Shown: piece by piece, positions 1 to 11,998 of the stretch | Numbering within the stretch: position 1 is the stretch's first letter | How the letters are laid out: the number at the start of each line of letters is the position of its first letter | Made by a program: the position numbers and the translations under genes | Notes under the pieces: model-generated | The model's database searches: none | What the model was told of the DNA's origin: nothing | Seen by the model: the letters and a program-made list of their open reading frames with translations, nothing else | Assembly (NCBI GenBank): GCA_044376115.1 | Contig: JBILLK010000005.1 | Location: 64,001 to 128,000, forward strand | Length of the DNA stretch: 64,000 bases | Direction of reading: 5' to 3' | From: Polyangiaceae bacterium | Lineage (GTDB): Bacteria > Myxococcota_A > Polyangia > Polyangiales > Polyangiaceae

Positions 1-3511
<3,511 letters not shown>

Positions 3512-3687
3512 CCGCATCAGGTAACGGTTCTCCAAGCTCCACCATCGCAGCCAACAGGCTGCGCATGGTGTTGCGCAGCTTTTCCGAGAGCTGAGCTTGG
3601 TAAGCGCAGCAGGTTCATGGTGGGTGTGCTGGTCCTGCGACCATTTCGCTTGGGACTCTTCTCGGGACCATGGTTTAAACGTTGGTC

Positions 3688-4974
3688 ATGGTGCGTGCTC
3701 TCCGTTGGCTGGCCCTCCTCATGGCGCCGGGATGTCTCGTGGACGTCACCGGACCTATCAGTCAAAGCGGTGGTGGTTCCTCGGGGGCCAGCGACGCTGG
3801 TGGTGAAACGAGCGCTGGCGGCGCTTCGAGCGGTGGTGCATCGACTGGCGGCGCTTCGAGCGGTGGTGCATCGACTGGCGGCGCTTCGAGCGGTGGTGCA
3901 TCGACTGGCGGCGCATCGAGCGGTGGTGCGTCGACTGGTGGTGCTGGAACCGGTGGAGCACCCGCTGCTCAACACTGCCCTGATGGCGAGTTCATTTCCA
4001 ACATTCGAGGAGGAGAAATAACCTGTGCCTCCATTGACGCAGCAGCAACGCAGTCGTTGGCAGATAGCTGCACCATTTATTCTGGCTGGCGAAATAACTG
4101 TGGAGCCGGATGCACCATGCCACCGGAGCGCTACGGAACAGTTTCGACCAGCGCTTGCGTTGGCCCTGGGCAGGACTCGACCTGCCAAACACACGATTTA
4201 GGCGCTGATCTCGGTGTGGAGCTTCTGGGGCTAGACGTTGACGGAAGCGTAGGCTCGGGAGATCGATTTTACGCTGCAATCAACTGCGTGCCGGGCAACG
4301 CAGATGCGGGTCAATGCGGAGAAGGCAAACTCGTCGCCGGCTATGACGGTCAAGTAGTCCAGTGCAGGTCAATCTCGGGGGCCGTAATCGACTATGTAAG
4401 GCCGAGCTGCTCACTGGTCACCGGTTGGCGGGACTTGTGCACTGCTTGCACGATGGCCCCTGCGAAGTATGCTCGGTCCAGCTCTACAATGTGTAGCAGC
4501 GGGGTCGGTGATACCTGCGCTCAAGTGACGTTGGGGAGCGAGGCAGTTCAGCTCGCGAGCTTCTCTACTGAGGGTGCTGTTGGTGAGGATGACAAGTTCT
4601 ATGTCGGTTTGCGCTGTGACGATGTGACCTCTTCAGAAACCATTGCTATCGGTACTTGTTCGCCAGGTGAGTTTGCCGTTGGCTTGGAAGCAGACGGCTC
4701 ACTCGTTTGCCGAGGGCTCTCGGAAACCGCTATGACGGTCTTCCGCAATCACTGCTCGCTGTTCTACGGTTGGCGTGACGGGTGCGACGCCTGCACAGAC
4801 GCGCCAAGCAAGTGGGGCAAGGTCAAGGATGGCAACTGTGCACTTGGTGGCGGCCAGGATGATACCTGCACCACGATGGAAATCGCCGGCCAGCAGGTTG
4901 ACCTCTTCGGGCTCAATACCGACGGAAACGTGGACGGCAACGACAAGTTCTATTTTGCATTCGAGTGCAAGTAG
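3688..4974 (+). CDS. Secreted Cys-rich (lipo)protein with Gly/Ser linker and three ~115-aa GWR...D(K/R)FY repeats
   Basis: Hydrophobic N-terminus ending APGC, (GGASSGGAST)x4 linker, three clearly alignable Cys-rich units. Confidence 0.8.
   Translation: MVRALRWLALLMAPGCLVDVTGPISQSGGGSSGASDAGGETSAGGASSGGASTGGASSGGASTGGASSGGASTGGASSGGASTGGAGTGGAPAAQHCPDGEFISNIRGGEITCASIDAAATQSLADSCTIYSGWRNNCGAGCTMPPERYGTVSTSACVGPGQDSTCQTHDLGADLGVELLGLDVDGSVGSGDRFYAAINCVPGNADAGQCGEGKLVAGYDGQVVQCRSISGAVIDYVRPSCSLVTGWRDLCTACTMAPAKYARSSSTMCSSGVGDTCAQVTLGSEAVQLASFSTEGAVGEDDKFYVGLRCDDVTSSETIAIGTCSPGEFAVGLEADGSLVCRGLSETAMTVFRNHCSLFYGWRDGCDACTDAPSKWGKVKDGNCALGGGQDDTCTTMEIAGQQVDLFGLNTDGNVDGNDKFYFAFECK
3817..3936 (+). 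repeat. 30-bp tandem repeat x4 encoding GGASSGGAST
   Basis: Unit ggcggcgcttcgagcggtggtgcatcgact at 3817, 3847, 3877 and a variant at 3907. Confidence 0.95.
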
Positions 4975-6416
4975 GCGAGCGAAAACTCCTCTGCGCCCAT
5001 AAGTTTCTTCAATGATAGCTTGGACAGCAGCCTCTTGGTGATAGGGCGCTTGGCGTCCCAGAATATCCTAGCGTCGAGGAAGCTCTTCGCTTTGCTACTG
5101 TTTAGCGCGTTCGTGAACGCTTGCGCTTGGGCAGCTGAGTTACACGGCAGAAAGTAGCAGGTGTCATCCAGCATGACCGGCTTGCCGTTGCGCGGTTCTA
5201 TCATCTCGAAGTGAAGTCGCTTAGCCAGTGCGGAGATACCGACTTTGTACTCAGCAAAGGAATAAGGGCCTACCCCAAAGATCGCGAAGTCGGGCTGCTT
5301 CTTGTAGATACTGCTCTTGCGGGCGGCAAACGCTGAGCGATGCTGACTGAGGTAGGCCCAGGTTCGAGGGGCTACCGCCTCGAGACGCTGCGTATCCTCG
5401 CCAATACGCCGCTGCGGTACGAGCAGCCAACGCTCCTTCGTTGGTTGCTTGAGGAGGTCGGCTCCCTTCATGAACGGAAATAGTAGCTCCGGCTCAAGCT
5501 GTAGCTGCTCCCCGTTACTATTCTGGATCCCCCAGCGGGTGCGCTCGAGCTCAACGATAGAGGCGCAGTCGTGCTTGATGCCCGAGCGCCACTCTAACTC
5601 GCAGGTCCCCTCCAACTCTGAGCTCTCGCGGACGCCTGCGAGGTTTCTGACGAGTTCCCCGCCGCTGAATCCAAGCTGCGAATCTGGCTGTTTAGAGTCT
5701 AGCGCTGCGTAGACAGGAATCGATTCGAGTGCATCTGCGCTTGTCGAGAGCTGAAGAAGTACCGCCTCGACCGACGCCGAGAAATGTCGTTGGGCATCAA
5801 AGGTGTGTAGTGACCCCTTGAGCTTCCACTGCCGGTTCGACGCCGTCTCGAGCAGCTTTCGTGCAACGGCCGCCTTGCATAACATTGCAAAGCAAAATGG
5901 TTTGCCCGAGGCAATTGCTGCTTCGAGCAGCCGCTCCAGAATCCACTCCGAGATGTCAAAGTTGGCGCGGCCCGTTTTTGCCTCCAGCCCGTTCATCCCA
6001 GCACGCCTACGTTTAGGCGGAGAGTTGCTGCCCGCCACGGCCCCGAGCGTAGCCGTGGTTACCCAAGGGGGATTTCCTAGAAGGAGAAGGGGGGAGGGCA
6101 AGTCCCTCAGTTCCTTCTCCCAATCGACAGCAAAGCAGTCTGCTTGAGCAACTCTCGCGCGCTGACCTAGCCTTTGTCGCGCCACGGCGACATGTGCTGT
6201 GTTGAGTTCAAAGCCCAACAGCTTGGCTTCTGGAAACGTGGACGCAGCAGCCACGAGCAGCGAGCCTTCGCCACACGTTGGCTCAAGAACGCTGGCAAAT
6301 CTTGTGCTTTGTGCATGGCGGGCTGTGAGCTCAAGTACCAGCTGGGCCAGGCCTGCCGGGGTTTGCCAGTCTCCACGGGCAATACGCTGGGAGCTGTTGG
6401 CGGGGGAGGGAGCCAC
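4950..6416 (-). CDS. Orphan amino-DNA methyltransferase (gamma-class motif order, probably m6A)
   Basis: Motif X GDWQTP, motif I LEPTCGEGSLL, motif IV GNPPW, TaqI-like C-terminal region. Confidence 0.8.
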   Translation of the reverse strand: MAPSPANSSQRIARGDWQTPAGLAQLVLELTARHAQSTRFASVLEPTCGEGSLLVAAASTFPEAKLLGFELNTAHVAVARQRLGQRARVAQADCFAVDWEKELRDLPSPLLLLGNPPWVTTATLGAVAGSNSPPKRRRAGMNGLEAKTGRANFDISEWILERLLEAAIASGKPFCFAMLCKAAVARKLLETASNRQWKLKGSLHTFDAQRHFSASVEAVLLQLSTSADALESIPVYAALDSKQPDSQLGFSGGELVRNLAGVRESSELEGTCELEWRSGIKHDCASIVELERTRWGIQNSNGEQLQLEPELLFPFMKGADLLKQPTKERWLLVPQRRIGEDTQRLEAVAPRTWAYLSQHRSAFAARKSSIYKKQPDFAIFGVGPYSFAEYKVGISALAKRLHFEMIEPRNGKPVMLDDTCYFLPCNSAAQAQAFTNALNSSKAKSFLDARIFWDAKRPITKRLLSKLSLKKLMGAEEFSLAYLHSNAK

Positions 6417-6469
6417 GAGGATGGTGCAATCTACTCGCGCTTTGGCTAGAGACCACCCCTGAGGATCTC

Positions 6470-7936
6470 ATGCAGAAGTCGATGGATCAGATTGTCTCCC
6501 TTTGTAAGCGTCGCGGCTTTCTCTTTCAGTCGTCCGAAATCTACGGCGGATTGAACGGATTCTGGGACTACGGCCCGCTAGGCGTTGAGCTGAAGCGAAA
6601 TGTTCGCGCGGCGTGGTGGAACGACATGATCTCGAACCACGATGAGTTCACCGTTCACACGGGGGCGCCGCGAGAGTTTCAAATGACCGGCGTTGAGACG
6701 TCGATCATCATGCATCCGCAAGTGTGGAAGGCCTCAGGGCACTTCGACCTCTTCTGCGACATGATGGTGGACTGCTCCACCTGCAAGTCTCGCTTCCGGG
6801 CGGACCATGTCAAGAGCAGCCAATGCACCCTGAAGCCGAGCAAGAAGCCCGGTGAACATGAAGCCTGCAAACTCACAGAGCCTCGTGAGTTCAATTTGAT
6901 GTTCAAGACGCGCGTTGGCGCTCTCGGAACGGAGGAGGACTCGGCCTTCCTTCGTCCCGAGACAGCTCAGGGTATGTTCGTCAACTTCAAGAACGTGGTC
7001 GACAGTATGTCGGTCAAGGTCCCATTCGGGATCGCGCAGATCGGCAAGAGCTTCCGAAACGAGATTACGCCGCGCAACTTTACGTTCCGCTCGCGCGAGT
7101 TTGAACAGATGGAGATGGAGTTCTTCTGTCATCCCTCGGAGTCACGCCAGTGGTACCAGTATTGGCGAGATCGCCGTTACGCTTGGTACCAAAAGCTTGG
7201 GATCTCGTCAGAGCGGCTCATTCTGCGAGACCATGCAGCAGACGAACTATCTCATTATTCAGTAGGTACCGCCGACGTTGAGTACGCCTTCCCGTTCCTT
7301 GGTGAAGGTGAATACGGCGAGCTCGAGGGCGTAGCGCATCGAGGAGACTTCGACCTGAGGTCTCATTCGGAGGGCAAGCTTCACAAGGGACCGAGCGGAG
7401 GTCTTGAGGTTGAGCGCCTCGCTGACGGCACGCCCAAGCATCGCGGCTCCGGCAAAGATCTCACCTACTTCGATCCCGAGACGCGAGAGAAGTTCATGCC
7501 CCACGTGATCGAGCCCGCAGCGGGTGCAGATCGGGCAACGCTCGCGTTCTTGTGCGAGGCCTACCACGAGGATCAGCAGCCCGATGAGAAGGGCGAGATG
7601 CAGACCCGCGTCTACCTCAAGTTCAATCCCAAGCTCGCACCGGTCAAGGTGGCTGTCTTTCCACTTATCAAGAAGGCCGGCATGCCAGAGCTTGCCCTCG
7701 AGATTTATCGCGAGCTACGAGCCGCCGGGATTCAGGCTGTTTATTCGCCGCAAGGAGCCATCGGAAAGCGGTACCGCCGTCAAGACGAGATCGGCACGCC
7801 GTGGTGCATCACTGTCGATGGGGACACCGAGACGGACGGCACAGTGACCCTCCGAGACCGCGATACCTTGGCGCAGGTCCGCATCCCGAAGAAGGAGGTC
7901 GTCGACGAAATCAGCCGACGGCTGCGCAACGCGTGA
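6470..7936 (+). CDS. glyQS: Glycine--tRNA ligase, homodimeric (alpha2) type
   Basis: LCKRRGF, WDYGPLG, LRPETAQG, QIGKSFRNEITPR, REFEQME, PHVIEP and IGKRYRRQDEIGTP. Confidence 0.96.
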   Translation: MQKSMDQIVSLCKRRGFLFQSSEIYGGLNGFWDYGPLGVELKRNVRAAWWNDMISNHDEFTVHTGAPREFQMTGVETSIIMHPQVWKASGHFDLFCDMMVDCSTCKSRFRADHVKSSQCTLKPSKKPGEHEACKLTEPREFNLMFKTRVGALGTEEDSAFLRPETAQGMFVNFKNVVDSMSVKVPFGIAQIGKSFRNEITPRNFTFRSREFEQMEMEFFCHPSESRQWYQYWRDRRYAWYQKLGISSERLILRDHAADELSHYSVGTADVEYAFPFLGEGEYGELEGVAHRGDFDLRSHSEGKLHKGPSGGLEVERLADGTPKHRGSGKDLTYFDPETREKFMPHVIEPAAGADRATLAFLCEAYHEDQQPDEKGEMQTRVYLKFNPKLAPVKVAVFPLIKKAGMPELALEIYRELRAAGIQAVYSPQGAIGKRYRRQDEIGTPWCITVDGDTETDGTVTLRDRDTLAQVRIPKKEVVDEISRRLRNA

Positions 7937-8082
7937 GTTCGGATGAGGGCCTTGGGGGAGGCCCGCAACGGATCGTGACTGCGCGGAGTTGAATCTGCTC
8001 ATCTGTTTGCCTTCACCGGGACTCCACACAATCCCCCGGTGAGCGCCACCAACGCGCCACTGCGGTCGTTCACTCTAGTTGC

Positions 8083-8496
8083 ATGCGGACAAGGCGCAGT
8101 CGTTGGATTCTCGGGGGTATGGCCGCCACTTACGTCTTGGGGGCGGCCGGACTGGGTTTGGGGTTGCACTCCTCTCCGGCGTGGTTCTCTCAGCTCGCCA
8201 GCTTGGAGATCGTGCATGTCCTAGCGCATTCGCTGCTCTACGGCGGTCTCTGGCTCACCGCTTCTCGCTTGGGCCTCGGGCAACGTCGCGCGGCCATTGT
8301 CGTTATGGGCGTCGCTGTTGTGCAGGAGCTTACCCAAGATATCGTGTTTCGCCGTTGGCCGGGATTGCCAGAGCTCTTTGACCTAGGCGTTGATGCGGGC
8401 GCAATGCTGCTCGCCGCCGGGCTCCAGACGGTGCTCAGTCGCTTTCGGCGGAACGCTCTCGTGGACAACCAGCTATCCGCTGACCCGTCTTCGTAG
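8083..8496 (+). CDS. Small membrane protein, VanZ-like
   Basis: 3-4 hydrophobic segments; H..AH...YG and QE..Q....R....DL..D pattern. Confidence 0.55.
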   Translation: MRTRRSRWILGGMAATYVLGAAGLGLGLHSSPAWFSQLASLEIVHVLAHSLLYGGLWLTASRLGLGQRRAAIVVMGVAVVQELTQDIVFRRWPGLPELFDLGVDAGAMLLAAGLQTVLSRFRRNALVDNQLSADPSS

Positions 8497-9634
8497 CGTA
8501 TTCAGGAGGTCATAGCGTGTGATGAGACCCAAGAAGTCACCGCGTCTAACCACGATCGCTACCAAGCCTCGCTCGAAGATTGGCAACAGCTCTCGATAGG
8601 GCGTGGACACGTCGACCGTTTCGAGTCGGTCACTCATCACGCTGCGAACTGGCTTTGAAAATCCAGCTGGGTCCTCGGCAACCGAGACCAACAGGTCCGA
8701 TTCATCGACGAGCCCTACTATCTTGTTGTCTTCGAGCACGGGGAGCTGTGAAACGTCACCTAGTCGCATGCGCGAATGGGCGAAGGCCAAGCTGTCCTCG
8801 GCGCCCACCGAGAGAACATCGCCCCGCTCGTGGCTTCTTCCTATGAAGTCGCGCAGATCTCCCGTCTCTTTGGATCGTACCAGGCCATGGTCGGTCAACC
8901 ACGCATCATTGAAGGCCTTGGAGAGATACTTGTTGCCTGTGTCGCAAACGAACGTCACTACCCGCTTGGGTTGACTCTGCTCCCGACAGTAGCGAAGTGC
9001 GGCCGCAAGCAATGTTCCAGTGGATGTTCCCCCAAGAATACCCTCGGCCTGCAGCAGCTCGCGGGTGGTAGCGAAGGCTTCACTGTCACTGATCGTGTAG
9101 GCTCGCTTCGTCCGAGAGAGGTCACATATGGGGGGGGTACCTGTTCTTGACCTATGCCCTCAACGAGGTAACTGCCAGTTGCTCCGAGCTTTCCCGTTTG
9201 TACGTAACTGGCCAAGGCCGAACCGAGGGGGTCGGCACGTGATAGGCCGAGGTCTTCTTGGCGATGCTCTTGGCCAGGTCAACATAGTAGGCGGGGTGGC
9301 CTTTCGAGTCGTCTGAGCGCGTCATTACAACCTGAGCTCCCAAAGCCTTGGCGTGAAGTACTTTCTCCCGGCTCATCTTGTCCGGAATGACCAAAGTAAG
9401 TTCATAGCCCCGCTGCGCGCAGGCGAGTGCTAGCCCTAAACCAGTATTACCCGCCGTTGCCTCCACGATTCTGCGTTGCGACGGGCCGACTAAGCCGGCG
9501 CGTTTCGAGCCGCCGGGGTTGTGGCTTTCTAGCTTGAGGAATAGCTCACACGGCCCAGTATCAAGCCGCGTGACTCTGACGAGGGGATTGTGGCCAACTC
9601 GATCCAGCGGGTCTTGTTCCTCGGGGCTCGTCAT
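8473..9634 (-). pseudogene. Cystathionine beta-synthase (PLP domain plus CBS pair), disrupted by two deletions and a frameshift
   Basis: KLESHNPGGS joins directly to KRAG (no IKDR). YHV joins out of frame to ADPLGSALA near 9236. A C8 run (G8 at 9130-9137) shifts VEGIG..VPP relative to ICDLSR..EGILGGTSTGTLLAAALRY. The C-terminal CBS pair is intact. Confidence 0.85.
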
Positions 9635-10704
9635 CAGTTGCCGACCTTCGGATTGAAGTACACCCCGCGCATCCAACGTGCTCCCGTGAAGGAAGTTCGA
9701 GCGTGCAGCATGCGGTGATTGTCGTAGATGAGGTAGTCCCCTTCACGGAGCAGGAACCTCCTCTGGTTGGCCGGATTGCGAACTAGACGAGCGAAGCGGT
9801 CATAGGCTCGATAGAATCCATCCATTCTGGAGAACGGCACGCGGTGCGGGGCCAAGGTAAAGTAGGAGTAGCGGATCAGAAAGTCCTGGCCGTGGCCCTG
9901 AAAAATAGGGCTCTTTACGATGCTCTCGAAGTTCTTCTGCCGTCTGTGGAAGATTACTGGTGTATCGCGAAGGATCTCATAGGCGTACTGGTCCTCCTGT
10001 TGCAAGAGCTCGGCTGCTGCAAGACCATCCACGATAGCGTTCTCACCGCCGCTGTCAGCCACTTGGAGGTTCTGTAGTAATTGATAGCGCGGTGGCGCCT
10101 CGAGGAAGGGCTGGTCCGTATGCAACTCCACGGCCGCATCGGTGTAGCCGAGTTGGTCGGTGTTCTGGTTCGTGGTGTTGTCTGTGCGCAGGTCCTCAAT
10201 CCTTCCGAAGTGCGTCCCCACTACTTCGAATCCCCACTTCTCCCAAGCCGCGATGAGTGGCTCCGTAAGCTGCTCCGGCGCCTCACGGGTCGACCCACGG
10301 ACTATCGCGACACCGTGGCTACGGAGACGCTCTGATGCCTGGTGGATCGCGCTGTCAATGTCAGCGCTTACGACCTCCACCTCGGACAGGCTGGTGGGAA
10401 GAGTGGGCGGGTAGGTTCGACCGCTCGCGTAAGCGTGTTGTTGCAGCCACGCCAGCGCATAGCGGCTCTCGCGGCCATCATGGGTCCAGACAACGTGAAG
10501 CCGGTCACCACTGACGAACGCACGCTTAACCTCCAACGTATCGGGAAGCTCTGACGAGCAGACGATTCGTTCATTGGTCAGCGGGTGCCGGTCGAGGTCA
10601 CAAGCGTGCCTAAGCCACCGATAATGAAAGTCAGCTGGCCCGTTCGCCAGCTGAATACGAAGCCACCCGCGCGACAGTGCCACGTTTTCTTGAGTGGAGA
10701 CCAT
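9634..10704 (-). CDS. TauD/gamma-butyrobetaine dioxygenase-family Fe(II)/2-oxoglutarate dioxygenase
   Basis: N-terminal WLRHAC (GBBH-like) domain, LGYT...LHTD, and DNHRMLHARTSF.G.R.MRG.Y. Stop overlaps the next ATG (TGATG). Confidence 0.88.
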   Translation of the reverse strand: MVSTQENVALSRGWLRIQLANGPADFHYRWLRHACDLDRHPLTNERIVCSSELPDTLEVKRAFVSGDRLHVVWTHDGRESRYALAWLQQHAYASGRTYPPTLPTSLSEVEVVSADIDSAIHQASERLRSHGVAIVRGSTREAPEQLTEPLIAAWEKWGFEVVGTHFGRIEDLRTDNTTNQNTDQLGYTDAAVELHTDQPFLEAPPRYQLLQNLQVADSGGENAIVDGLAAAELLQQEDQYAYEILRDTPVIFHRRQKNFESIVKSPIFQGHGQDFLIRYSYFTLAPHRVPFSRMDGFYRAYDRFARLVRNPANQRRFLLREGDYLIYDNHRMLHARTSFTGARWMRGVYFNPKVGN

Positions 10705-10821
10705 GCATCCAATATAACGGAGCTGCTGGTTTTGGCGATGAAAACATGAGCGATGCGACGAAACTGCATTCGCTCTTTGCTTGAGCGAACGCACCACTCG
10801 ACCCGCGCTGGACCATTTTGG

Positions 10822-10850
10822 TTGCACATTTCTGCAATATTGGACATGAT
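10822..10850 (+). promoter_or_regulatory. Putative sigma70 promoter for the peroxiredoxin gene, overlapped by a TTGCA-N6-TGCAA palindrome
   Basis: TTGCAC (10822-10827), 17 nt, CATGAT (10845-10850); palindrome at 10822-10837. Confidence 0.45.
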
Positions 10851-10877
10851 GGCGTGATAGTAAACAAGGAGCTGGTG

Positions 10878-11516
10878 ATGACTCTTCGCCTCGGTAGTCT
10901 TGCCCCGGATTTCGCCCAAGATTCCACGGTTGGTCGGCTGAACTTCCACGAATGGCTCGGCGCCTCGTGGGGAATACTTTTCTCCCACCCGAAGGATTTT
11001 ACTCCAGTGTGCACCACCGAGCTCGGCGCTGCCGCCAAGCTCAAGCCCGAGTTTGATAAGCGGAACGTCAAGATTGCAGCTCTCTCGGTGGACCCGGTCG
11101 ACTCGCATCAAAAGTGGATCGGCGACATCGAGGAGACTCAGGCAACGAAGGTCAACTACCCAATCTTTGCCGACGCAGATCGAACGATCTCAAACTTGTA
11201 CGATATGATTCACCCCGAGGCGAATGACACGTTGACGGTGCGATCCGTGTTTGTGATCGACCCCAACCGAAAGATCCGCGCCATCATCACTTACCCTGCA
11301 AGCACTGGTCGAAACTTTGACGAGATCCTGCGCTTGGTGGACTCGCTGCAGCTCACCGATAGCCACTCCGTGGCTACGCCGGTCAACTGGAAGGACGGGG
11401 ACGACGTGGTGATTGTCCCGTCGCTTCAGGACCCGGAGCTGATCGCGAAGAAGTTTCCCAAAGGCTTTACGGCCGTCCGCCCATACTTGCGACTAACTCC
11501 CCAACCGAACAAGTAG
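10878..11516 (+). CDS. 1-Cys peroxiredoxin (Prx6 family)
   Basis: FSHPKDFTPVCTTELG, YPASTGRNFDEILR, ATPVNWK; AGGAG RBS upstream. Confidence 0.95.
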   Translation: MTLRLGSLAPDFAQDSTVGRLNFHEWLGASWGILFSHPKDFTPVCTTELGAAAKLKPEFDKRNVKIAALSVDPVDSHQKWIGDIEETQATKVNYPIFADADRTISNLYDMIHPEANDTLTVRSVFVIDPNRKIRAIITYPASTGRNFDEILRLVDSLQLTDSHSVATPVNWKDGDDVVIVPSLQDPELIAKKFPKGFTAVRPYLRLTPQPNK

Positions 11517-11549
11517 TGCGAACCATCCGCAATAGCAGACGGAGGAACG

Positions 11550-11846
11550 ATGAAAGCTCTCGTGGTTGGTGGGGATCGAACGGACGCATTCGCCAAAGCC
11601 CTGGAGGAAGCCGCCATAACCTTCTCTGCCCACTGGCATGGGCGGAAGCCCAAGGAGGCGCGCAGGGCGATCCCCACGGGGGTCGACTTGATCGTAATTG
11701 TCTGGGACCGGGTGAGCCACCCACTGTCCGAGAGCGTTCGACTACAAGCTGAGGCTCGGGGTATCCCGCTTTTGTTTTGCCGCTCAGGAGCTGACCTCAA
11801 GCGTAAACTGATCGAGCGTGCGGACGGTTTGCAGGTAGCCTGCTAA
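11550..11846 (+). CDS. DUF2325-family protein
   Basis: LVVGGDR, HW.GRK, D.VSH.L...V...A....IP..FCRS pattern; GGAGG RBS. Confidence 0.75.
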   Translation: MKALVVGGDRTDAFAKALEEAAITFSAHWHGRKPKEARRAIPTGVDLIVIVWDRVSHPLSESVRLQAEARGIPLLFCRSGADLKRKLIERADGLQVAC

Positions 11847-11998
11847 TGCCTACTAAGCGGGCCTTGCGACCAGGTTGCGATAGCGCGTTTCCGTGGGATG
11901 GTCAGCTCTCGCGCGGCGTAGTTAGCGTCGAGGTATGGATTTGTAGGCACACAAGGTAGTTGCCGCATCATGCCGCGACGCGTTATTGCGTTGAGACG

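Noticed and set aside
3817..3936. 30-bp repeats as a CRISPR array
   Set aside because: Head-to-tail with no spacers, in frame within a Gly/Ser linker, and no cas genes.
7947..7964. GGGCCT-N6-AGGCCC hairpin after glyQS as an intrinsic terminator
   Set aside because: Short stem and no U-tract.
9130..9137. G8 tract as a phase-variation switch
   Set aside because: The gene has two additional inactivating deletions, so restoring the frame would not restore the enzyme.
11919..11964. GGCAC...TTGC upstream of gltB as a sigma54 promoter
   Set aside because: GG to GC spacing is 14 nt, not the required 10.
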